A stretch of DNA of 64,000 bases from Candidatus Latescibacterota bacterium (GTDB lineage: Bacteria; Latescibacterota; UBA2968; UBA8231): contig OZ220089.1 of the NCBI GenBank assembly GCA_964291625.2, positions 1,888,001-1,952,000 of the forward strand, in the 5' to 3' direction. This document shows, piece after piece, positions 19,836 through 28,553 of this stretch. The first letter of the stretch is position 1, and every line of letters begins with the position of its first letter. Below the pieces are notes generated by a model. It searched no databases. It was not told where the DNA came from and worked only from the letters and a program-made list of their open reading frames with translations. A program made the translations under genes and the position numbers.

Positions 19836-20999
19836 ATGGCCCTTCCGAACAGTTTCGATTTCCGCTCTCCGACCCGCGTCGTCCACGGGGCCGGCTCGGT
19901 CTCCCGCGTGCCCGAGCTTCTCCCCGGGGGCGAGAAGGCCCTCGTCGTCTCCGACCGCGGCCTGGAGGAGGCCGGCGTGGTCGAGCGCGTCACCTCCACC
20001 CTCGACGACGCCGGCGTCGCCTGGGCCCTGTTCACCGACGTCACCGCCAATCCCGTGGCCCGCAACGTCTCCTCCGGCGCCCGCCTCTACGGGCGCGAAG
20101 GCTGCGGCGCCCTCCTCGGGGTCGGCGGCGGCTCCCCCATGGACGTGGCCAAGATGATCGGCGTCATCGTCAGCCACGGCGGCCGCATCGGCAGCTACAT
20201 CGGCTACCAGGACAAGGTCACCCGCCAGCTTCCGCCCCTGGTCTGCGTGCCCACCACCTACGGCACCGGCAGCGAGGTGACCCCCTTCGCCGTGCTCACC
20301 CACCCGCGCACCCGCAACAAGGAGCCGGTCATCAGCTGGCGCATCGCGCCCCGGGCCGCCGTCCTCGACCCGGAGCTGGCCGTGGCCCTGCCGGCCTCGG
20401 TGGGCGGCCCCACGGGCATGGACGCCCTGACCCACGCCCTCGAGTCGTACACCAACCTGCTGTCCACGCCCTTCACCGAGGGCCTCGCCTTGGGCGCCAT
20501 CGAGCTGATCGGCGGCAACCTGCGCCGGGCCTGCGCCAACGACCACGAGCTCGAGGCGACCGGGAACATGCTGATCGCCAGCTGCCTGGCGGGCCTGGCC
20601 TTCTCCCAGACCCGCCTCGGCAACGTGCACGCCATGTCCCATCCCGTCGGCGCCCGCCACGGCGTCCACCACGGCCTGGCCAACGCCGTGATCCTGCCCC
20701 ACGTGATGGAGTACAACCTGCAGGCCCGGGTCCCCGAGTTCGCCGCCGTCGCCGCCGCCCTCGGCGAGGAGACCGACGGCCACGGCGACTACGATGCCGC
20801 CTGCCTGGCGGTGGAGGCGGTGCGCCGCCTCAACGAGGACCTCGGCATCCCCGGGCACCTGGGCGATGCCGGCGTCCGGGACCCGGACATCGAGGGCCTG
20901 GCGGAGGCCGCCATGCGCAGCGGCAACGTGCAGGTGAACCCGCGCAAGACGACCTTGACCGACATGGAAGAGTTGTTCCGCAAGTCCTGCGGACTCTGA
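19836..20999 (+). CDS. Iron-containing alcohol dehydrogenase
   Basis: GGGSPMDVAK, PTTYGTGSEVT, DALTHALES, HAMSH, HGLANA. Confidence 0.93.
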   Translation: MALPNSFDFRSPTRVVHGAGSVSRVPELLPGGEKALVVSDRGLEEAGVVERVTSTLDDAGVAWALFTDVTANPVARNVSSGARLYGREGCGALLGVGGGSPMDVAKMIGVIVSHGGRIGSYIGYQDKVTRQLPPLVCVPTTYGTGSEVTPFAVLTHPRTRNKEPVISWRIAPRAAVLDPELAVALPASVGGPTGMDALTHALESYTNLLSTPFTEGLALGAIELIGGNLRRACANDHELEATGNMLIASCLAGLAFSQTRLGNVHAMSHPVGARHGVHHGLANAVILPHVMEYNLQARVPEFAAVAAALGEETDGHGDYDAACLAVEAVRRLNEDLGIPGHLGDAGVRDPDIEGLAEAAMRSGNVQVNPRKTTLTDMEELFRKSCGL

Positions 21000-21010
21000 T
21001 CGGAGGAACC

Positions 21011-22267
21011 ATGCCATTCCCGAGAATGATGAAGGTGCGCCAGCACTTCGAGGCGCCGGAGATCGAGGACGTTTCCGGCACCGTGAAGGAGCGCATCGGA
21101 ACGCTGGACCTGTCCCGCAAGGTGGCCAGAGGCGACTCGGTGGCGATCACCGTGGGCAGCCGCGGGGTCAACAACATCGCCGTCATCACCCGGGCGGCGG
21201 TAGAGGCCCTGAAGGAGCTCGGCGCCGAACCGTTCATCGTGCCGGCCATGGGCAGCCACGGCGGCGGCACCGCCGAGGGCCAGCGCGAGATCGTCGAGAG
21301 CTACGGCGTGACGGAGGAGTTCGTCGGCTGCCCGATCCGCTCGACCATGGAGGTCGTCCAGGTCGGCACCGTGGAGGGCGAGGTCCCCGTCTACTTCGAC
21401 AAGTACGCCAGCGAGGCCGACCACGTGGTCGTCGCCGGGCGGGTCAAGCCCCACACCGGGTTCGTGGGCGAGATCGAGTCCGGCCTCCACAAGATGATGC
21501 TCATCGGCCTGGGCAAGCACCGGGGCGCCGCCGTCTACCACCAGGCGATCGTCCAGTACTCCTTCGACCGCATCATCCGCGCCGTGGGCCAGCAGGTGAT
21601 CGACAAGTGCCGGGTCCTCTTCGGGCTGGCCATCGTCGAGAACCAGTACGACCGGACGGCCGAGATCGACGCCGTGCCGCCCGACAGGTTCGTCGAGCGG
21701 GAGAAGGAGCTGCTGGTCCTGGCCAAGCAGTGGATGCCGCGCCTGCCCTTCGACCAGGTCGACCTGCTCATCGTCGACCGGATGGGCAAGAACATCTCCG
21801 GCTCCGGCATGGACACCAACGTCGTGGGCCGCAAGTACTACGACCACTGCGCCGCCGCCAAGGAGTTCCCCAAGGTGACGCGCATCTTCGTCCGCGGCCT
21901 GACCCCGGAGACCCACGGCAACGCCGCCGGCATCGGCATGGCCGAGTACTGCCACCAGCGCCTCGTCGACGCCATGGACGTGAACGCCACCGTCATCAAC
22001 TGCATGACCGGGAACGCCCCCTCCGGCGCCGCCGTGCCCGTCCACTTCCCCACCGACCGCGAGTGCCTGGAGCAGGCCCTGACCACGGTGGGACTCGTGG
22101 AGCCCGCCAGGGCGAAGGTCCTGCGCATCCGCGACACCCTGCACCTCGGCGAGCTGCTGGTCTCCGAGGCCTACGCCAGGGAGGTGGAGGCCCGCCCCGA
22201 CCTGTCCGTGCTGGAGAAACCCGCTGACATGACATTCGACGAAAGGGACGATCTACTGGAATGGTGA
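21011..22267 (+). CDS. Lactate racemase (LarA/DUF2088) domain protein
   Basis: AITVGSRG, PAMGSHGG, RVKPHT, GKNISGSGMD. Confidence 0.85.
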   Translation: MPFPRMMKVRQHFEAPEIEDVSGTVKERIGTLDLSRKVARGDSVAITVGSRGVNNIAVITRAAVEALKELGAEPFIVPAMGSHGGGTAEGQREIVESYGVTEEFVGCPIRSTMEVVQVGTVEGEVPVYFDKYASEADHVVVAGRVKPHTGFVGEIESGLHKMMLIGLGKHRGAAVYHQAIVQYSFDRIIRAVGQQVIDKCRVLFGLAIVENQYDRTAEIDAVPPDRFVEREKELLVLAKQWMPRLPFDQVDLLIVDRMGKNISGSGMDTNVVGRKYYDHCAAAKEFPKVTRIFVRGLTPETHGNAAGIGMAEYCHQRLVDAMDVNATVINCMTGNAPSGAAVPVHFPTDRECLEQALTTVGLVEPARAKVLRIRDTLHLGELLVSEAYAREVEARPDLSVLEKPADMTFDERDDLLEW

Positions 22268-23406
22268 GCCCCGGCGAGTACATCGGCATGCCCGTCGCCG
22301 AGATCGACACCCCCGCCCTGCTGGTCGATCTCGACGACCTGGAGTTCAACATCAGGAAGCTCGCCGGCCACTTCGAGGCCGCGGGCAAGCACCTGCGCCC
22401 CCACACCAAGTCCCACAAGACCCCCGCCATCGCCCACATGCAGCTGCAGGCCGGCGCCATCGGCGTCACCTGCGCCAAGGTCGGCGAGGCCGAGGTCATG
22501 GCCGACGCCGGTATCGACGACGTGCTCATCGCCAACGAGGTCGTGGGCCGCCGCAAGGTGGAACGCCTCATGACCCTGGCCCGCCGCTGCGACATCATGG
22601 CCGCCGTCGACCACCCGGACAACCTGGCCGACCTCGACGCCGCCGCCGGCGCCGCCGGCGTCACCCCGCGGATCCTGGTGGAGGTCAACATCGGCCACAA
22701 CCGCTGCGGCGTCCTGGCCAGCTCCGACGAGGCCCTGGAGCTGTGCCGCGCCGCCCACCGGGCCGAGCACCTGCGCTTCGCCGGCCTCATGGGCTACCAG
22801 GGCCACATCGTCGCCCTGGAGGACGCCGGGGAGCGCGAGGCCGGCGCCCGCGAGTGCCTGCAGCGGCTCTCGGACTGCGCCGGGCGGGTGAAGGCCGACG
22901 GCCTCCCCGTGGAGATCGTCAGCACCTCGGCCACCGGCGACTACTACGTGAGCACCACCTACGACGCCGTCACCGAGGTGCAGGCCGGCTCCTACGCCCT
23001 CATGGACGCCGCCTACGGCCGCCTCGGCCTCGGCTTCCGCAACGCCATGACCGTGCTCACCACGGTCACCAGCCGGCCCACCCCCGAGCAGGTGATCACC
23101 GACGCCGGCCTGAAAGCGGCGACCCCCGAGCACGGCTTCCCCCTCGTCAAGCTGCCCTCGCGGGATGGCGTGGAGGTCGGCTGGGACCCCCAGGGGCTGC
23201 GCCACCTGGAGTGCGAGTCCCTGTCGGAGGAGCACGGCCGCCTGCGCGCCAAGGGAGGGCCCTGCCACCTGGAGTGCGGCGACGTGATCGAGTTCATCCC
23301 CGGCCACGGCTGCACCACCGTCAACCTCTACGACGACCTCTACGCCGTGCGCGGCGGCCGGCTCGAAGCCGTGTGGCCCGTCGCCGCCCGCGGAAAGGTG
23401 CGCTGA
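22261..23406 (+). CDS. DSD1/D-threonine aldolase family PLP enzyme
   Basis: DTPALLVD, RPHTKSHK, GYQGH, SEEHG. Confidence 0.9.
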   Translation: MVSPGEYIGMPVAEIDTPALLVDLDDLEFNIRKLAGHFEAAGKHLRPHTKSHKTPAIAHMQLQAGAIGVTCAKVGEAEVMADAGIDDVLIANEVVGRRKVERLMTLARRCDIMAAVDHPDNLADLDAAAGAAGVTPRILVEVNIGHNRCGVLASSDEALELCRAAHRAEHLRFAGLMGYQGHIVALEDAGEREAGARECLQRLSDCAGRVKADGLPVEIVSTSATGDYYVSTTYDAVTEVQAGSYALMDAAYGRLGLGFRNAMTVLTTVTSRPTPEQVITDAGLKAATPEHGFPLVKLPSRDGVEVGWDPQGLRHLECESLSEEHGRLRAKGGPCHLECGDVIEFIPGHGCTTVNLYDDLYAVRGGRLEAVWPVAARGKVR

Positions 23407-23408
23407 CC

Positions 23409-24527
23409 ATGGCCGCCGTGAAGGCTGCCGTCATGACCGGCCCCGGGGCCGTGGAGCTGCGCGAGTTCCCGAGGCCCGCCATCGGCGGCGGCGAGATCCT
23501 GCTGAAGGTGGAGCGCGCCGGCATCTGCGGCTCCGACAAGCACATGTACGCCGGCCACATGCCGCTGCAGTTCCCGGTCATCCCCGGCCACGAGCTGGTG
23601 GGCGTCATCGAGGAACTGGGTTCGGAAGCGGCCGACGAGATGGCCGTCATCGGCGGCCCCATCGCCGAGGGCCACCTCGTCACCACCACCCCCAGCTCGG
23701 TGGCCTGCGGCCGCTGCTGGTACTGCCTGCACCAGCCCCAGCGGCCGGCCCTGTGCGCCGACCGCTACGTCCACGGCTTCGTCTCCAGCGACGTGGCCCC
23801 GGCGCCGCGGGGAGGCTTCGCCGAGTACATGCACCTGACCTCCCGCTCCTGGATCTTCAAGATCCCCGAGGGCCTCTCCCCCGAGATCGCCGTCCTCACC
23901 GAGCCCGCCGCCGTCGCCACCCGCGCCGTGGAGCGCGCCCTGGCGCCGGGCATCCCCCACATCTCCGAGGGCCTCGGCATGGACAAGTCGGTCATGGTCC
24001 TCGGCGCCGGCCCTATCGGTCAGCTCGTCATCGCCGCCCTCGCCCACGTCGGCACCGACTGCATCATCGCCTCCGACCTGAGCCCGTCGAGGCTGACCCT
24101 GGCCGAGGCCATGGGGGCCCACCACCTCGTCGCCGCCGACGCCCCCCTCGACGAGCGCCTGGATCGGGTGCAGGAGCTGACCCACGGCGTCGGCCCCGAC
24201 ATCGTCATCGAGACCGCCGGCGTGCCCGTCGTCTTCAAGGAGTCCCTCGACTTCGTCCGCCGCGGCGGCATCGTCGTCGAGGTGGGCCACTTCACCGACC
24301 CCGGCGGCGTCGAGATCCGGCCGAACCAGGTCTGCTTCAAGGACCTCGACATCCGCGGCATGTGGGCCTACCCGGCGATGCAGTTCAAGACGGCCCTCTC
24401 CTTCCTCAGGAGCACCCGCGCTCCGCTGGATCGCTTCATCACCCACACCCTGGGCCTGGACGAGACCGAGGAGGGCATCGAGGTGACGGGGACCGAGGGC
24501 TCGATGAAGGTGGTCGTGGTTCCCTGA
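23409..24527 (+). CDS. Zinc-dependent alcohol/sugar dehydrogenase
   Basis: GICGSD, GHE, CGRCWYC, GAGPIG. Confidence 0.92.
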   Translation: MAAVKAAVMTGPGAVELREFPRPAIGGGEILLKVERAGICGSDKHMYAGHMPLQFPVIPGHELVGVIEELGSEAADEMAVIGGPIAEGHLVTTTPSSVACGRCWYCLHQPQRPALCADRYVHGFVSSDVAPAPRGGFAEYMHLTSRSWIFKIPEGLSPEIAVLTEPAAVATRAVERALAPGIPHISEGLGMDKSVMVLGAGPIGQLVIAALAHVGTDCIIASDLSPSRLTLAEAMGAHHLVAADAPLDERLDRVQELTHGVGPDIVIETAGVPVVFKESLDFVRRGGIVVEVGHFTDPGGVEIRPNQVCFKDLDIRGMWAYPAMQFKTALSFLRSTRAPLDRFITHTLGLDETEEGIEVTGTEGSMKVVVVP

Positions 24528-24530
24528 GCG

Positions 24531-24959
24531 ATGGACAGACCCGTGGTCGTCTACGACGGCGAGTGCCGCTTCTGCCGGTGGAGCGTGACCCGCATCCAGC
24601 GCCTCGACCGTGACGGACAGTTCGAGTACCTGCCGCGGCAGGCCCCCGGCGCCGAGGAGCGCTTCCCGCTGCTCAAGCACAGCGACTTCAACACCGGCCT
24701 GCGGCTCGTGCCGGACACGGATACCGTCCACGTCGGCGCCGACGGCGTCTACCACATCTACCGGCGGCTGCCGCCCCTGAACCTGGTTGCCTGGCTCTAC
24801 CGGGTGCCGGTGCTCACCTGGCTCTTCCGGCTGGGTTACGCCATCGTCGCCCGCAACCGCTACCGCTTCGGGCGGGTCCCGCCCGAGATGGCCTGCGACG
24901 ACCTCTGCGACATCTCCTACGGCGAGCGCCGGGCGAACCCGCCGGCGCCGCCGCCCTGA
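24531..24959 (+). CDS. DCC family thiol-disulfide oxidoreductase (DUF393)
   Basis: YDGECRFC, YAIVARNRY. Confidence 0.88.
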   Translation: MDRPVVVYDGECRFCRWSVTRIQRLDRDGQFEYLPRQAPGAEERFPLLKHSDFNTGLRLVPDTDTVHVGADGVYHIYRRLPPLNLVAWLYRVPVLTWLFRLGYAIVARNRYRFGRVPPEMACDDLCDISYGERRANPPAPPP

Positions 24960-25856
24960 TGCGCTGTCGCCGGTTCGGCCAAACCGGCTGGCAAGGTCAG
25001 CGAGATCGCCCTCGGCGGCGCCTGGTTCTACGGCCGTCCCGAGTTCGGCCCGCGGCCCGTCTCCCACGGCGCCGCCATCGTCGAGCGCGCCCTGGAGCTG
25101 GGGGTCAACTACATCGACACGGCCCCCCTCTACGGAAGCGGCCGCAGCGAGGAGGTCCTGGGCCACGCGCTGAAGGGGGTGAAGCAGCCCTTCTATCTGG
25201 CCACCAAGGTCGGCTACCTCCCCGAGCCCTTCGACTACACCCGCGACACGGTGATGCGCGGCTTCGAGGCCAGCCTGAAGCGGCTGCAGCGGGACCGCGT
25301 CGACCTGGTGCAGATCCACGAGACCGAGAAGGCCGGCTGGGAGGGGGTCTTCGGCAAGGGGCGCACCCTCGAGGCGCTGATCGAGCTGCGCGAGCAGGGT
25401 CTGGCGACCCACATCGGCCTCACCGGCTCCGACCTGGACCTCATGGTGCGCATGCTCGGCGCCACGGACGAGTTCGTCTCCGTCATCACCTACCTGAAGT
25501 ACGACCTGCTGGTGCAGGACGCCCGCGAGGTCCTGGTGCCGGCCGCGGTCGCCGCCGACGCCGCCCTCATCTGCGCCTCGCCCCTGCACGGCGGACTTCT
25601 CGGCTCGCGGCGCGACCACTGGCGGCGGCAGGGCCGCTTCGAGGACCGTTACGCTCGCCTGGAGCGGGTCGAGGCGGTCCTGGACCGCCACGGCCTGAGC
25701 CCCGCCGACGCCGGGCTGCGCTACCTGCTGTCGGATGCCCGCGTGGGGACCGTCCTCTCCGGCGTCGACAGCGTCGCCGAGCTGGAGCGGTCCGTCGCCG
25801 CTTCGCAAGCCGGACCCCTGGACGCGGAACTGATCCGCCAGATCGAGGAGGCCTGA
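24959..25856 (+). CDS. Aldo/keto reductase (frameshift near 24992)
   Basis: MRCRRFGQTGW, then in the next frame VSEIALGGAW...YIDTAPLYGSGRSE...ATKVG. Confidence 0.8.
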
Positions 25857-26935
25857 TGGCCCGACCCGTGAGACTGGGATTCATCGGCGTGGGGTTCATC
25901 ACCCAGCGCGCCCACCTGCCCGCACTGCAGCCCCTGGTGGAGGCGGGCCAGGCGGAGTTCACCGCCTTCTGCGACCTCGACGAGGAGACCGGGAAGGAGC
26001 AGGCCGCCGCCTTCGGCGCCAAGGCGGTCTACACCGATCACGAACGCATGCTGGAGCGCGAGTCCCTCGACGCCGTGTACGTCAACCTGCCGCCGACCCT
26101 GCACACCGACCAGGTGCGCCTCGCCGCCGAGCGCGGCCTCCACCTCTTCGTGGAGAAGCCGGTGAGCCTCGACATGGCCCAGGCCGTGGGGTTCGCCGCC
26201 GCCATCGAGAAGGCCGGTGTCGTCTCCCAGGTCGGCTTCAACAGCCGCTACTGCCCCTCTTCCGCGGTCGTCGGGGAGCGCCTGGCCGCGCGCACCACGC
26301 GCCACGCCCAGGTGCAACTGCTCTACAGCGGCAGCCCGATCCGCTGGTGGACCAGCCGCTACGAGGAGTGCGGCGGCTCCTTCGTGGAGAACACCATCCA
26401 CATGGTCGACCTCGTGCGCTACTGGCTCGGCGACATCGCCCAGGTCTCCGCCTTCTACCACTGGCGGGAGCCCGGGGTGGGCCCCGAGCCGATGAACCTG
26501 CCCCACGCCTACGACGTGAACTACCGCTTCGACTCCGGGGTCACGGGCAGCTTCACCACCTCCCGGGTGCTCACCAACGTGCAGGTGGGGCGCCGCGAGG
26601 TGCTGGTCGTCTGCGACGACGCCCTGATCGAGTGGTCGGCGGCGAAGGTGGTGGAGAACGGCGAGACGGTGTGGGAAAAGGAGGCCGAAGGGCGGGCCTC
26701 CTTCGCCCTGCAGGCCGAGGCCTTCGTCGCCGCGGTGCGGGCGGCGGACCCGGCGGCAACCCTCAGCCCCTACGGTCCGAGCCTGAACAGCCTGGCCGCG
26801 GTTCTGGGCGCCAACGCCTCGGCCGAGCGCGACGGGGAGCGCCTGGCGCTGGAGGACGTGGTGTCAGGGGCCGTGGCCTGGAACCCGCGCTTTGCGGCGG
26901 CCCACGGCGTGCCGGCGCTGGATGGGTGCTGCTAA
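25856..26935 (+). CDS. Gfo/Idh/MocA oxidoreductase
   Basis: GFIGVGFI, HLFVEKP, IHMVD. Confidence 0.9.
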   Translation: MARPVRLGFIGVGFITQRAHLPALQPLVEAGQAEFTAFCDLDEETGKEQAAAFGAKAVYTDHERMLERESLDAVYVNLPPTLHTDQVRLAAERGLHLFVEKPVSLDMAQAVGFAAAIEKAGVVSQVGFNSRYCPSSAVVGERLAARTTRHAQVQLLYSGSPIRWWTSRYEECGGSFVENTIHMVDLVRYWLGDIAQVSAFYHWREPGVGPEPMNLPHAYDVNYRFDSGVTGSFTTSRVLTNVQVGRREVLVVCDDALIEWSAAKVVENGETVWEKEAEGRASFALQAEAFVAAVRAADPAATLSPYGPSLNSLAAVLGANASAERDGERLALEDVVSGAVAWNPRFAAAHGVPALDGCC

Positions 26936-27016
26936 CGTTGGCAAGAACAATGTGCGCCTCAGCCGCGGAGTTCACGCGGGGGAAGGCCAGGCAGGTACAA
27001 CTGCTGGGGCGGGAGT

Positions 27017-27190
27017 CTACCGGAGGACTCGGAGAATCAGAACGATGACGGAGACCTGCAACGCAGTCTGTCCCAATGCAAATAGAAACAATGCCTTGTA
27101 TAGATCGGCCTTGGTGGCGAGGTGCTGATAGGCGCCCTCCATGCGGGCAAGGCGCTCTGTGGCTGGGATATCGTCGGTTACGGTGGTCAC
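27017..27190 (-). CDS. 57-aa coiled-coil plus C-terminal TM protein (LATKADL, DUF1640-like)
   Basis: GGAGG RBS and GTG; MTTVTDDIPATERLARMEGAYQHLATKADLYKALFLFALGQTALQVSVIVLILRVLR; below the ORF-track size cutoff. Confidence 0.7.
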   Translation of the reverse strand: MTTVTDDIPATERLARMEGAYQHLATKADLYKALFLFALGQTALQVSVIVLILRVLR

Positions 27191-27276
27191 GGGATTGCCT
27201 CCGGTCGGGCGGTTACAGAAGCAACTGCCTTTCTACTATACGGCTGGCCCTTGCAGGCCACAAGGCCACCATTCCT

Positions 27277-28140
27277 TTAGCTGCCGCGCAGCTTCTGTGT
27301 CGCCTTCCGTAGTTCAGCCATCACTTCCTTCGGCAATTTGATATTGTCCACGGCCCAATCGGCCAATTCAGCCGCCTCGGCGGTACTATGCGACTTGGCC
27401 TTGCCGACAAGACCAAGAATACGCGTATACAACGGCGACACCTGATGTCTATCCCATACGAAAGACAATCCCGAAACTTCAGAGTCTGGAGCAAAGGAGC
27501 GGTTCAGAAAAACGACAGCTTCGTACACCGAGAGATCCTTCCCCACTCCAGAAGCCGTCCAGAGACGTTCAAAAGGCCCTTTGCGAGGTTGATACTTGGG
27601 AAATCGCTCCAGCATTTCTCTGACGGTCTGAGGGCTCCCTGGTTTCCCGGTAGGCTTTCCGAAAAAAGGAAATGCGTCCAGCGGAAAGGCTACTCGCCTG
27701 AGCGCAAAGATCAGCTGATCCAGATGGATTAAGTCTTCGCCCCGGAGGGAAGTTCCGAACACGTTGTACCTCGTGTCAGGATCGGTGTAGACTCGAATCC
27801 TCTCCAGAAACGCAAGAGGAGTTTCTGCTTGCCAGGAATCCCCCGACTGAAACTCCAACCAACAGGGCTGATCCAGTTTCTCGGGCAGGAGGTCCGAAGC
27901 GTAGACAGTTACCTTCCTATAGAGCTCAACGAGGTTATGGCCGTCTCTTGCCGCCGAGTGCCCATTCAACAGTAGAGATGCCTTGAGCAGCTTCTCAACT
28001 GCCTGACCAGCCAGCCAGAAGAAGCCATTGTCCATCTGCATACGATGAGCTATCCGAGCAAGGGCATAGTCCGCAGTATCCACGAATAGGCGGGAAACCA
28101 GATCGTTCTTCAGGACTTCCAAGCGCTCATTGGAACCCAT
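27277..28140 (-). CDS. HEPN-domain protein, standalone, lower GC
   Basis: ADY.LAR, FFWLAGQAVEKLLKA, GHNLVEL, DTRY. Confidence 0.75.
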   Translation of the reverse strand: MGSNERLEVLKNDLVSRLFVDTADYALARIAHRMQMDNGFFWLAGQAVEKLLKASLLLNGHSAARDGHNLVELYRKVTVYASDLLPEKLDQPCWLEFQSGDSWQAETPLAFLERIRVYTDPDTRYNVFGTSLRGEDLIHLDQLIFALRRVAFPLDAFPFFGKPTGKPGSPQTVREMLERFPKYQPRKGPFERLWTASGVGKDLSVYEAVVFLNRSFAPDSEVSGLSFVWDRHQVSPLYTRILGLVGKAKSHSTAEAAELADWAVDNIKLPKEVMAELRKATQKLRGS

Positions 28141-28311
28141 TGATTCCGCTCTCTCCCTGACCCATCCAAAGATGCGATTCGGAGCCGCGCCGCCCCCCAA
28201 GAGGCCGCGCCTCGATCACCGTGCGCACTTGGCGCACGCCGACACACGCGGCGATAGACGCCGAGTGCTGGCCGGCCATGCCGAATGCACAGGGTCTCTC
28301 GTACACAAAGC

Positions 28312-28347
28312 GATGCCCCCGACCCGGTGACCAGGGTCGGGGGCATC
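28312..28347 (-). terminator. Rho-independent terminator-like hairpin
   Basis: Perfect 14-bp inverted repeat gatgcccccgaccc/gggtcgggggcatc followed by gctttgtgt on the minus strand. Confidence 0.65.
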
Positions 28348-28470
28348 TGCCGCACTATGTGGGGGCGAGGAGGCTACCACCTCCTGCCCCCGGGGGGCAG
28401 CCTGTAAGTCTCCATCCCAACCATGAACACCCGATGGACCGTGGCTGCTCCTCCAAATCCAGCTTTGGTG

Positions 28471-28498
28471 AGAGTACAGGCTGCACAAGTACTGTCAA
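28471..28498 (-). promoter_or_regulatory. Sigma70-like promoter
   Basis: TTGACA-16 nt-TACTCT on the minus strand, conspicuous in GC-rich DNA. Confidence 0.55.
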
Positions 28499-28553
28499 CC
28501 CCTGCGATGTCACCCATCCCGGGTCAGCCCCCGACCCCCTGAAGCCGCCGCCA

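Noticed and set aside
17846-21010. Very long track ORFs (1473 aa at 17846, 1195 aa at 50623, and many Arg/Pro/Gly-rich ones)
   Set aside because: These are shadow or upstream-extended frames typical of high-GC DNA. The real genes are the motif-bearing portions with RBS-supported starts.
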